Assembly (NCBI GenBank): GCA_050084985.1 | Contig: JBITNC010000001.1 | Span: 138,694,001-138,758,000 of the forward strand | From: Nageia nagi | Lineage: Eukaryota; Plantae; Pinophyta | Length of the DNA stretch: 64,000 bases | Direction: 5' to 3' | Part shown: positions 13,320 to 25,370 of the stretch, one piece after another | Layout: the number at the start of each line of letters is the position of its first letter | Numbering within the stretch: the stretch's first letter is position 1 | Notes under the pieces: generated by a model | The model's database searches: none | What the model was told of the DNA's origin: nothing | Seen by the model: only the letters and a program-made list of their open reading frames with translations | Program-made: the position numbers and the translations under genes

Positions 13320-14220
13320 GAGGCATATTTATACCATACAAAAGCATCCTAATGGCTCTATGTTTCCTCCATATAGTAGTAGCATGCCCCCACACCAATG
13401 GTAAAAGACTTGAAACTCACCAGAACATTTTACATAACATTTTTTAGGTCAAAATTCATTTTTTTAATTTTTAATATTGCACAAAAAAATTTCTATGTGG
13501 CTTTTGAGGTAGGGCTCTTAAAATGAACCTTGTTCATCAACCATTTGATAATGCTTGAATATACAAATTTTTCATGAGCCAAACTCCATATTTCACTCAA
13601 ATACTATTAATCCTCATTTCATAGAAACCTTATCTTAAATATGATAAGATATAAAAATGCTTATTTATTTACTATCAATCATTGTAGCTACATCTTGATT
13701 GAAAATATTACCTTCAAATTTAATACTATGGCTTAAGCTTCCAAATCATATTGCTCAATTGCTAGGTAGATCTTGTGAGTAGGTTTTTTATTAGTTTTCA
13801 ATATTTGAAGAAAAATAATGAGCATAGTGTGATCCTCCACACTCAAAGCACCCTCACTTAGGATTAGGCAGCTTATCCTTAGAATCTTTCTTATTATTCT
13901 CATAATCAAAGTTCCATTACTTTGATGGTTCTTTTTTATTAGGAATCTTCATTTTCTTTATTGGTTAAAGTTTCTTGTACCTTCATTCATGCTGTAAATG
14001 AACTTTTTTTTCTTCTACCTCTTAGACCAGAACTTGGATTTCTTAACCCATGTTATCATCCTTAGTTAAATACTCAAGATAGCTCTTTCTAAAAGTTTAG
14101 TTGCTTTCCTTCTTCCTAGCCATGTTGTATGGCTTTTGGAGGGTCTTTAATTGATGTAGATTTATAATAGTCTTGATCTTATAATTTATTCCCAAGATGA
14201 ATTTTTGAATCTTCAATTTT
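13320..14220 (-). mobile_element. Ty3/Gypsy gag-protease relic (second copy ~26840-27720)
   Basis: Paralogous ORF 27158..27394 reads EGNIFNQDVIIMIDSKEISIFTS, resembling a decayed retropepsin (V.ILIDSG.S..FIS). Boundaries approximate. Confidence 0.5.
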
Positions 14221-14359
14221 TATTTTAGTCTCATATTGTGACATATGAAGATCATGTCAAGAGGGAGAGTTTTGACCTCAGGACCTCTTTTTTTCCATTG
14301 AGATATTTAAACACCCACTTGGCTCTCCAACTCCTCTCATGATTTAATGAAGAGAAAAT

Positions 14360-14750
14360 TTATAAAAAAATATATGTAAATGAACCTCTAAAATTTGAGA
14401 AGGATGGAACACTTCACTTTATGTACAACCTCAAGAAGTCAATTTCCAATTTGAAGAAAGATCTAAGGCATGATAAAGGTAAATACTTTTCTCACAAATA
14501 CAATTTTTATGATATGCCAAGTAGAATTTAATATATCTATTATAATGTAAGTGTTGATCATAAATTTTCCATTACATTACATGTTAATTTTCTTATTATG
14601 ATAAATTATCCACATAAGATACAAATATTTATGAATAGACTAAATGATACCTTTTAAATTGTTGATTTAGGAGTTAATAATTCCTTGATTTGCAAGTATG
14701 TAAGTTTAGGAAGATATTTCTTTTTATCAATAAAATTATGTTTTGAATAA
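14360..14750 (+). mobile_element. Copia reverse-transcriptase relic (second copy ~27880-28270)
   Basis: IYVNEPLKFEKDGTLHFMYNLKKSISNLKK resembles VYMEQP.GF...VCKLKKSLYGLKQ. Downstream F*IVDLG resembles F.M.DLG. Confidence 0.65.
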
Positions 14751-15047
14751 TTTTGAAAAATAATACTACTTAAAAATTAAAATTAATACTTGTTGCATAT
14801 AATAAATAAAACACAGTATATGTTTTAAACAAAGACATGAATCAATATATAATTAATACATCAATCAATTAGAAGCATAAAAGAAAAAGAAGTAAAATTT
14901 GGATAAATATTTTATTCGGCATCACATAGGTGCAATGAAAGCTGATTTAGTATAAATGAAAGCTTGTTAATGTACATGAAGGGCCAAATTGTTAGAAAAA
15001 AACAGTCAATTTGGGCATCCTTCTGTATTGAATGGAATGAGCTTATC

Positions 15048-15879
15048 TCAAGAACAAGAAAGACTGTTCAAGAGTGCAACTCTAGCAGAAATAAAAGCTT
15101 TGAAGAGATGGCCTATTTTGTGATCCAAGAGGGCTAGAGCTCTGTCCAAGTCTTGGAGTGCCGTGTTGATTTCAGAGTGTTCAAGAGTCATGTGCAGCTT
15201 GGAGTTGGAGTTGAGTCGATTGTTGAGGTTATCAAGGGCAACATTTGCCCTCTCTAACTAAACCAACAACCATCTTCTCATTTCAACTTTCTGCTTTAGC
15301 TTGGTTTGTAGATTGCTAAGAAGAAGTGATACAGATAATGACGGCATCCTAAGAGGGTTGACGGAAAATGAAGCCACTAGTGCAGAACACACCAAGACGG
15401 CATTTGCCTGGAGGCTTACGCTATCAGCCATTCGCCTGAGTGTGGACATGCATTTCTCAAGTGAGGATTGGACGCCCTTATTCTTTAGGCCTGACAAACT
15501 GGCAAGTAAGCTGCCCGATCTTTGAAGGGCATTGATTCGAATGGCTATCTGCACAGACGTGTGCTGCTTCCTCGTTTCAGCTATGCTGTCTCTCAACACA
15601 TTGCAGATGTCTAGCAGATGCAGCATGTCTTCCAGATGTAGGTCCACCCATTTGAATCCCTTACTTGTGCCATCAATGTCAAACCCTAATTCTGAGGATC
15701 TGCGACAAGCGTTGATCACCACCTCCAAAGCTTCTCCAAGCCAATCTGCGCAGTAATATGAGCAAGAAGGCTGTTCCTGTAATGTTTCCAGAAGGCTGTT
15801 TCCCGTCTCTTCGTGGAGAGAGGGAGCGCAGGGCTAAGAGTGCTCCAAGAGACGAGAGAAGAGATCCAGGGGCGCTCAT
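15048..15879 (-). pseudogene. BPS1/ROH1 (DUF793)-family pseudogene, copy 2
   Basis: ATG at 15879 in ccaccATG context. Motif KWVDLHLEDMLHLLDICNVLRDSI matches the family W.D.YLD.S.KLLD.CN motif. Lesions: net -65-bp frameshift at ~15793, in-frame 57- and 15-bp deletions, GAG>TAG stop at 15258-15260. Confidence 0.85.
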
Positions 15880-16450
15880 GGTGGTCGGGATTACTGATGC
15901 TGCTGCATTTACTATGTATTTATATTTCTGCAAGAGGGGGGACAAAGAGAAAGAATCCCGCCGAAACCAAAAGCAACTAATCTTAAGAAAATCAAGTTTG
16001 CGTAGCTTCTGTACTCTCCCTTTGCAATTTCCATGTGATGAATGCGTGAAACCACCCGTGTGGGCGGGCTGTCTCCTTGTTGGGTCCTTGCAGATGATTC
16101 CTCTTTCAGCTCACCATGTGTCCAACTAATTTCCTCCTCCTAAGATCCATATTTTATTGCAGAAACGACCTTCGCATATTGTTATCTTACAACAATTTTG
16201 GTGGATCTCTGACATGCTATAAATCAATCTGTATTGTGTGCTGTCCTCCTCAGCAACAACAAAGGGAACAGCTTTTCGTTGTCATGAAAGGATTCTCATC
16301 TTCCATGACGAATATTAAGGTTCTCACCAAGCTATTACTGTCTGCTTCAGAGATGAAAGGATGACAACAATCACCTTCGTGATGAATATGAAAGTCTTTC
16401 ATCAAGCTATGATTGTCTCCTTAAGAGATGAAGCGATGACAAGATTCATT
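15880..16450 (-). promoter_or_regulatory. Putative 5' UTR/promoter of the BPS1-like gene (copy at ~29461-30030; decayed homologues at ~180-1290 and ~61030-61240)
   Basis: Lies directly upstream of the ATG, is GC-richer than its surroundings, and is conserved between copies. Contains a ~75-bp two-copy repeat (~16305-16445). Function is inferred from position only. Confidence 0.45.
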
Positions 16451-17186
16451 TGAGTCGTGTTATTTAGTAGTATTGTTGTATTTAGTTGTTGTATTTCCTA
16501 CCTATAATAAGAAAACGAATACATAAGTAAAGTATCATTTTATGTCTATTTAGATAATCATGTCATTAAAACTATAAAACACATGATGGATAATTCAATT
16601 TATTCATAAATAATGTAAGAAGGGATCCATTGTGCTAGGATGCTACCAATAGAACTGAAAACAAACATAGATAAGATTAAACTCAACACTTCATTTTGTA
16701 TTAGGTACATATTTCTAATAACTTGTAAGGATCTGAATGTATACTACATGATTATGTGCACCAAGATATAATATATTTCTTAAAATACTTCAAACACAAC
16801 CATACAAATTTAAATAGATCATATTCATAGTATATAAAAATGTACCCTATATAATGAAATAAGATGTTCAATTAAAATTTAAAGAAAATGATGTACAGAA
16901 AATATTTTGACTTCTTCATTTTTTTAATATACTTACATTTCATATTTGATCATATATAATATTTATTTATTTTTTTACTTTTTTCAAGTATATAAGATTT
17001 AGTATTCTTTATAATTATAGGTAATATTATCTGCAATAGATTAACAAATATTATTATAATATCTTTATAAAGGATTAAAAATAAGATTGATTAAGATTCT
17101 GGCAATTATACTTTAAGAGGAAGAACTGATTTTTTGTCAAGGGTAGGTAAATATGTGATGAAATAGTTATTGTACATGGAATAATC

Positions 17187-17286
17187 NNNNNNNNNNNNNN
17201 NNNNNNNNNNNNNNNNNNNNNNNNNNNNNNNNNNNNNNNNNNNNNNNNNNNNNNNNNNNNNNNNNNNNNNNNNNNNNNNNNNNNNN
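17187..17286. other. Assembly gap (100 N)
   Basis: Run of exactly 100 N, typical of a scaffold join of unknown size. Confidence 0.99.
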
Positions 17287-20200
17287 TATAATTAGTGTTA
17301 ATCAAAATAACAAAGAAAAAAGTAACAAAAAAATAAATTATGATACCCAAAATACCACAACAAATGTATGTATGATATAAAATGTTTAATAATACAATAC
17401 CAAGCCCAATGGGGCTGATTTTGGGGGCCCTCCAAAGAGTCAAGTAGGGCATAACCAAATATCTCTCACTACTAGAAAGATATCAAAACTAGGGATATTA
17501 AAAATCCATAAAAATAAAAATCCTCTCCACCCAACACTACTCCCAAAAAGGATGACTTGCACCCTTTTTTTGTATCTTAAAACATGAAAAAAATTGACAT
17601 TAAATTATCCCCTCCAACGTTGCCCATGTTTTTTTTTTATTTTTTTCCATTTTTTAACTTTTTTCAATGAAAATTTTCCCAAAGAAAATTTTTGGACATG
17701 TGGAGTAGGGTACATTAATGCCCAAGGGTTAAGGGTATAGGAAACACATAAAACCCAAAAGGGTCAAGGATCATGCATGGGCCCCGGGTATCAAGATGGG
17801 CCAATGTGGGGAATGGGAAGCCCCCCTAATTTGGTGCATGCATATAAGTGTCTATCTTTTCATCTAAGTGTAATAATAGAACATGGGTTTCCAATAATCA
17901 TGTTTTGGGAAATTTCCAAGTATAATAATAACATCAATTTCTAGGCTTAAGTGGGAGACATCCCTTTTGGGGCTTAAAAGGGGGCCTCCATTGACCCATT
18001 AAGCCCTTTCTATTCCAAGTCATAAACATGAAAGTCAAGGTATTAATACAATATATTAAAAGATAACCTTTTAGATTCCATGATTAATTACATCTTTACA
18101 AAGTTTAATGATTAGCATTAGACCCCTTTCCAAATACTTTCCCCCTTATGAATGAATCACTAAATGAAAAATTCCCTTAAATCATAAGATTTACCTTTTC
18201 TAATTTTAAAAGTTGGGGGTCATGTGAAAGAATTAGGGTTTTGTCTTTTTTTTATTAAAATACCTTTTCATTGGTTTTTCCTCATCAAAAATTTTTTGCT
18301 ATTACCAAAAAGGACAACCCATGGGTTTTAAAGCCTAGGTAGCACATAATTAGAACTAAAATTTTTTTTGGGAGATTTTTAAAGGGTTTTTGAATACTCA
18401 AAACTGATTAAGGGAAACCAAGATTCAAGAGGGGGGCCTCATTTATTCTAACCATATATAAAGAAAAAAAAAAATCTTTCTAAATGCTATCAAAACAAAC
18501 TATTAAAAAAAAGCTCAAAACCCCATTGAATTTTGAAAATTTTTAATTTATATAAAAAGCATTATCCAATTTCCCCAAGCCTCTTCAACAAAATCAAGCT
18601 TATAAAATATTTAAAAAAATCACAATATAAATAAATTTCACAAGTTTCATGGAAGCATATTTACAAAATAACCAAGTGCCAAACTTCAAGACTCCCAAGA
18701 AACCTTTAAAATCAAGTTTTTTCTTCTTACACGTAACTTTCTTTGCAAAAGGGGATTCAAAGAGTTCAAAAGTTATTGCACAAGATATTAAATTTCAATT
18801 TTGAGAAAAAATTATTTCTCATATAGACATGTGTTATGTCTCATTAAGAAAGAAGCCATTTTTGTTGTCTTAGGCACCAAATTCTGCAAATTTACATTTC
18901 ATTAAATTTCATTAAAGTCATTTTTTGTTATCTTTTAGTGATTTAAAAATAGGGAAATAATGTTTTTGGACAAATTTTAAGGGTTTTTTTGTTTTCCATT
19001 GTGCTTAAAGGGTTAAAAATATTAACTTTAGACACTTTTCCCCTATACTTCCTTGTATAAAGGGGAACATCACAAGATGATGAGTTCATAAAATTAGAAG
19101 TTTTTTGTATTCTAATTTAAAATACTAATGATCATGTAAAAGAATTATGGATTTTCATTCCTTATGAAGAGACCTCTACATCTTTTTTCTTTTTAATGAA
19201 ATTTTATTTTATTGGAAATTGAAACCCACTCAGTTTCAAGCATGGGTTTTGCACATATTTAAAACAAATTTTTTTTAAAGAAAATTTTTTGGTTAATGAA
19301 TTTGAAAAGGCTAGTTAAGGGTATCCAAGTTTTGAAGAGGGAACCTTTTTTCCTTTCATCCCTCTATATTTTAGGAAAATATAGATTTTGGGTAAAGGTT
19401 TTTAAAAAACATCTATAAAAAAAGTACTCAAACCTTAAATCATTGTATATAATTTGATACATCTAAATGACATTATCCTTTTCCCCTAATTCCCTCTTCA
19501 ACAAAATCAAAGCTTAAAAATATTTACAAGATTTTCAATATCAACACACTACAAGCTTCTCGGAAGTATTTACAAAAGGGCCAACATAAAAAATTTACAA
19601 GAGTTTAAGAAATATAAAAATTATTTTTGTTCTTCTTTCATATAAATTTCTAAGTAAGGTTTTCAAATATTTCCACAATTATTATGGAAGTTTTTAAATT
19701 TACAAAAAAGATGGCTGTTAGACCATGCCCTAGATGAAATAAAATTTGGGGCCATTGATTTACTATGCAATTGCAGGGGTTTGTTTTGGGGAAAACATAT
19801 CTTCTCTTATAAAATTACAGGGTTAAGCAACTTCTTTGAAGATTTTGGGGAAAAAAAATTTTAAATTTGATTTTGTTGATTACTCTCATACCCTAAGTGA
19901 GGATGAAATGAATTTGGGGCTATTGATTTACTAGTGATCACAGGGGTTGAAATTGGGGAAAAAGTGTCTTCTATTGCATAAAAAAAGAAACCCCAAAATG
20001 ATATAATGTTGGAGGTTTTTTTAACTACTTACCGATGTAAATCCCCCACACTCACATCACCAATCAATTAATCCCCTCCCATTAGAAAATAGGGAAATAT
20101 TAATTCATTTTTTACCATATTAAAGGGATAATGATTCCTTTACTCCTTCCACTCCTCACACCACTGATAAATTATCCCTCTCAAATAAAAAAATAAAGAA

Positions 20201-21110
20201 ATACTACATTAATTACTACCATCGAAGCACAATGAGCCCCTTATACTCCTGAAAAGCCCTAATTTAAATTTATAAAAAGGGGTTTTCCAAGCTAAAAAAA
20301 GATGAGTTTTGTACTCCTTACAACCTTAATTTGAATTTTTTTTAAAAACCTTATTGGGCCAGGAGGGGGACATGTGATAGAAAGGGGGTAAAAAGGTATA
20401 CACAAACCTAATTGTACCAGAAAAGGGAGTCTTAAATGCCCATAAAAAAGGTAAATACTAAAAACAAAATGTAGGAGGTGAATTGAGACTTTAATGGGGG
20501 TCAAAGGGGCCATGGGTTGGGATTTGAATGGTAGTTTGGAAAGGCAATTTTTGGTAGTGTTAGGAGTTCATTGATAGAGCTACAGGTGTTGGGGGTTTTT
20601 GGGAGTAGGTTGATAGAGCTATGGGTAGTAAGAGTAGGGTGATAAAGATGTTGGTATCAAATAATAGGAGTAGGCTAATCAATCTTTTTGGTAAAAATTT
20701 AGGTTGAAAACACTACTTTTGGATTGAATTCTAACACCTAAGGAAAACAAAGAAACTTTGTGAAATAAATGCCAATGATTAAAGATTAAAGCTCATGCTC
20801 TTAGTAGGGGAGGTTTTGATTGGTTGTAACAAAGTTTTAAATATTTTTAGTATCTTGGTAGTCCCAAAAACATTGGGTGAGTTTTAAAAATCAAGAAGAA
20901 TAAGACGTAGAGGAAAATTTTAGCATCGATATACATTGTTAAGGGAAACGAGGCCCCAACACATGATGTCAATGATCCTAGATAGCAAGAAAAAATTAAG
21001 TCTAATGAAGAGCAATTATTTTCCTATGATAAACCCATTTCAATTTATTATAATAGCTAGAGTCTACTTTTTTTAGTTTATTTAAACAAAAAACAATCGG
21101 TGGCATATTG
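17287..21110 (-). mobile_element. Gypsy LTR-associated sequence, unit-2 copy (error-rich)
   Basis: Collinear with ~32660-35360, with extra internal segments and numerous homopolymer expansions. Confidence 0.55.
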
Positions 21111-21358
21111 GGTTTTTCCCCACCCCCTATGAAATGGGGTACTGAAATAAAGTACATTTTATATCTATTTAGTAATCAAACCCCTTAAAATTTTATTAAA
21201 AATGATGAATAAATTAGTTTAAACCATGAATAATGCCTAAAGGACCGTTATGTAGGATTCTACTAATATAAAAAAAAAAAAGGGGGAAAAGTTTTCCTTC
21301 CCAAAAAATTGATGAAACAATGATATTCCCTATTCCCCAAAAAAAGAGGGTCAAGGCT

Positions 21359-23145
21359 TTTTAGGATTTAGATATTCAATTTTGTGAGAAAAAATTGAAA
21401 AGAAATTAATAAACATGTAAAACAAAGAAACACAAAATTTTAAAAAAGGTTTACTCAACAACACATTGAGCTACATCCCCTAAAGCACTAGCACTTACAT
21501 CTTTGTTTTTCCCCTAATTAAAAATAATGTATAAAAGAAAGGAAGAACAGCAACCTTCATTGTTGTTTGCACCCTCTATATCTCCATATAGTAAAATCAA
21601 AACAACCAACATCTTCTCAGGGCATGGGTTTTTCCCCACCCATGACCATGTAAACTTTATCATAGCTATAAAAGAACAAGAGGTTTAGCTACTTTAAAAA
21701 AATGAACAATCTACCATATGGCATCAATGCAAGCTCCTCAAAATACATCCTTAGACTCACACTATAAAATTAAATCTTAGAAAAATTTATCATCTCATAA
21801 GCTTATAATAGAGAATTACATCAAGAATATATCTCCTAACATTATCTTAGCATTACCACTGGTGGACGCCAATACTGATACACTCCCCTTTTTCGACATT
21901 ACTACCTTTGGTATTACTACATCCATTTTATGCAACATTTTAAATTAAATAAAAAAATTACTTTTACATATTACATGACCATAGTTGTTATTTTAATTAA
22001 AAAAATTAATAAAAACCAACTTAGGTAAACTTGTTACCCTCATCATTGTAAAATTAGTATGTTGTCGATCAAAACAATCCTCATCGCCATTTGTTTGGAT
22101 ACTCCCCAAAATTTATCAATCATCATGAAAATCAATCAAATTCACCAAAAGTTTCCCATATGTACTTTTTGAATTTTTGCCTCATATCTAATCCTTATTA
22201 CATTTGTTATGCCAACGAAATTGCACCTAGTGCTCACAACACGAATGTGTCTTTTTCTAACATGGATGCTACCAAAAGAGCCCTAAAAATTTGGGGTTTT
22301 GGGTTTTTTTAAATTAGCCATACTTTACTCCCTCTTTAATATTTTCATGATTTTAGCTTTATCAAATGCAGTAGTTCCTATTTTCATAATGAATATGGAA
22401 CCCAAATACCCCAATAATTTTCCCACTTAGAGACTTGATTCATTGCTTCAGATTGTAGCACAACTCATCTTCCTTTTTATGATGCCCCAATAAACCCTCC
22501 TCCTAGTTTTTCCCTTGGATCAACCATATCCTAATGTAATTTATTCAAGTTTTTCCTTGCCCCAAATTGTCCCTTTTTTTTTATCATGCATACAAAACAC
22601 CATGCACCATCCAACCTTAGGGATTTCCAATTTCCCATTTCCATTCTTGGTTTTCCCTTTCATAAACACTCACCACCATTAGTATGAAAATTTATATGAA
22701 ACTATGGGGAACTTTAGACTCTACCTCCATATTAGAACATTCTCAATGAAAATTTTTCTACCCCATTTTGAAGATCCTTTGAAACCCAATTAGTATCCAT
22801 ATCATTTCCTTTTAAAAGCCCCCTTTCTATAGGATCCCCTTGATCCCCCAAAAATATCATTGCTCCCATTATTTTATGAATCTTCGCACATTAGTAAGAA
22901 AGCTACAAGAATAAAATTATTGTGCTATTGTACACAATGAATAATATGAAATTATTATATCCCCAAGGGCTCCTCTAAATTTTTCCCCCCACAATCACAC
23001 TAAAAATTTTTTACATTGTTATAAAAATTTATCATCTCATAAACTTACAATAAAAAGAATTACTTTGAGAATTTTCTCTCTTGAAATTCTCCAAGAAATT
23101 GACCATTAAAATGCCAATATGAAATCACTCACCTTTCTTGTATTA
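21359..23145 (-). mobile_element. Non-autonomous Copia-type LTR element, unit-2 copy with deletions
   Basis: Collinear with 35606-37840. A ~0.5-kb deletion at ~22897 removes the PBS region. Confidence 0.7.
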
Positions 23146-23149
23146 TTTC

Positions 23150-25370
23150 ACTCATTTTCCTTTAAAGTGTAAAAAAATTCATTTTTTTTCCCCAAATCTA
23201 TCAAATGTAGTTGAATAAGAATTTGATTTGGGTTTTTCCTAAAAATTTTTTATTTCATATTAAATTTAGGGTCATTTTCGAAACCCTTTTTTTTTATTTG
23301 ATCTATTTTTAATTTGGTATGTCCTAAAAAATTTCTTAATCCTTTTCCCTATTAATTTTATTATAATTGGACATTTTTTCAAATGGTGATGAATTCTAGA
23401 ATACATATTTGAAATTCCAAAATTCAAGGGGAAAAATTTTTTTTTAAATCATAGGAGTAAGGGGGCCCTTTTCAAAATGGATAATCATAAACCCAAATTT
23501 TTAAAAAGTAGTATTAAACCACACTAACATAAAATCAAACAAACATATTTAGGTAAATAAAAAAAATATTATAAAAGATTGCTAAATTTATAATGCAAGG
23601 TCTTATTTAAATCTCCTCCTAAGAGTTGTAACTAAATTTGAATGAAAAATAACCATGGGGGGATCCTTGTGCAATTATTTTAAAATACCAAAAAGAGTAA
23701 GAACAATCCATCCACAATTTCTTAGAAAAGATTTTGACTTTTTACAAATGCAAGATTTTTAAAAAAAAAGTTTTGGGGGTTTCTTTTTTTTTTGACAATG
23801 AGGGGTTAAAATTTAAACAAAATTTTCCCTATAAGGTAAAGTTCTAAGTAATCAAATTAAATTAAAAGAAAATATTTTAAGATGTTTTCCCTGAAAATAT
23901 GAAATTTTCAATTATATCCCTTGAAGAATCAAAAGATCTAACAACATTGTATGTTTGAAATTTAAATTAAGAGTTCTTTTGGGCCACATCACATAAAAAA
24001 AAAATAGATCCCCTTTAAAGGGAAACCCCTAAAAGGGAAAAATTTGAAGGATCATCTCCACAAAGAGGAAGGGTTAGAGGTACAATAGGAAGAAGAGGGT
24101 TTATTCCCACAAAGAGGTAGAGGTTGAAGAAGAATAAAAAAAACCTAAAACTATACTTAATATGAAGGGAAAAGGAAGAAAAACTTCAAACAAAAAAACG
24201 GGGGAGGCTCCCAAAACTATGATAATTCATTTTTTCAATGCTATTATTATCACAAATATAAAATTTTGGAACATAGAAAAAAAATAGAAGATAAAGTATG
24301 GAGTAAGCTCAATATACAATTGGGAAAGGGGAAAGGGGTAGATTACTATTTTGTTAACAAATATGTTTTAAAAGGGGGGAAATTTAAAAGAATATAAAGG
24401 GTTTTGTAGTGGGTGCAATAATCATAGAGAAAGGAAAAGAGATGTTTCTAATATTTTGATGAAACCATCTGATCAAAAGTGAAAAAGAGCAATAATACAA
24501 TTTACCAATCTTAGAGAAAAGGGGATAGTACTCAAAATAAATAAGGTTAAAAATTTTTTTTTTTTTTGAAAAAATTTTTATGTACTAGGTTTAAAGAATA
24601 AATTTTTAAGTATAAAGGTTTAACTTATATAAAAAAAAACATACTATATTTTTTTAGAATTTTACATGCTTTATTATTTTATAGCAAGAATAAAACTAAT
24701 TCCCAAAATTTCTATGACTACAAATAAGATATTTCTCTTATCATTAAAGGGGTTCACATTTAAGTTTCAAACCCTAGTAAAAGATTTAAAATGAATATGG
24801 AAAAATTTGTTTGGTCATTTAAATCTTGGTGGGCTAAATATTTTTCTTAAGAGGAACAGGTAATAGGTTTTGTGCTCATCCAAAAGCTAGATCAGAATGT
24901 GAGGGAAGCATAATAGGAAATACCATAGAGAATCATTTCTAATAGGAAGGTACTAGAGAGCTATTAGAGATAGTACAAATCAGATATATTTAGGGCCATT
25001 TAAATTTTTCTTCATTAAATTTAAATATATACATTTCTTAAAAATTTAATTTTTGATTAAAAGTAGGAAACTCTAGGTTTTGTCCATTAAAAAAAAAAAA
25101 TCTAAAAAATTTAAAAAAAATTAAATAATTTTTTGAGAATAAAATAGTCATTTTTTTCCAAATTTTAAAAAGCTAATAAAAGGTGGAGAGTACATCTCAT
25201 ACAAATTTTAGAATTTTTGTATTAAGAATGACATAAAAAGGGAGCTAACAAACCCAAAGGAAAACTCCCCCAAGAAAATGACATAAATTTTAGAGGGAAA
25301 AGTAGAAAAATGGTAAAATTTTGGTAAGGGGATGTTTAAAGCTAATAATTTAACTAATAATCCATTGAGG
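23150..25370 (+). mobile_element. Degenerate Copia gag-pol, unit-2 copy
   Basis: Collinear with ~9690-11830. Confidence 0.8.

Noticed and set aside
15301-16129. Plus-strand ORFs over BPS1 copies (also 5222..5467 and 28857..29587) and over PUB (3737..3976)
   Set aside because: Antisense shadows of GC-richer pseudogene sequence.
17075-17458. 127-aa ORF
   Set aside because: It spans the N gap and is an artefact.
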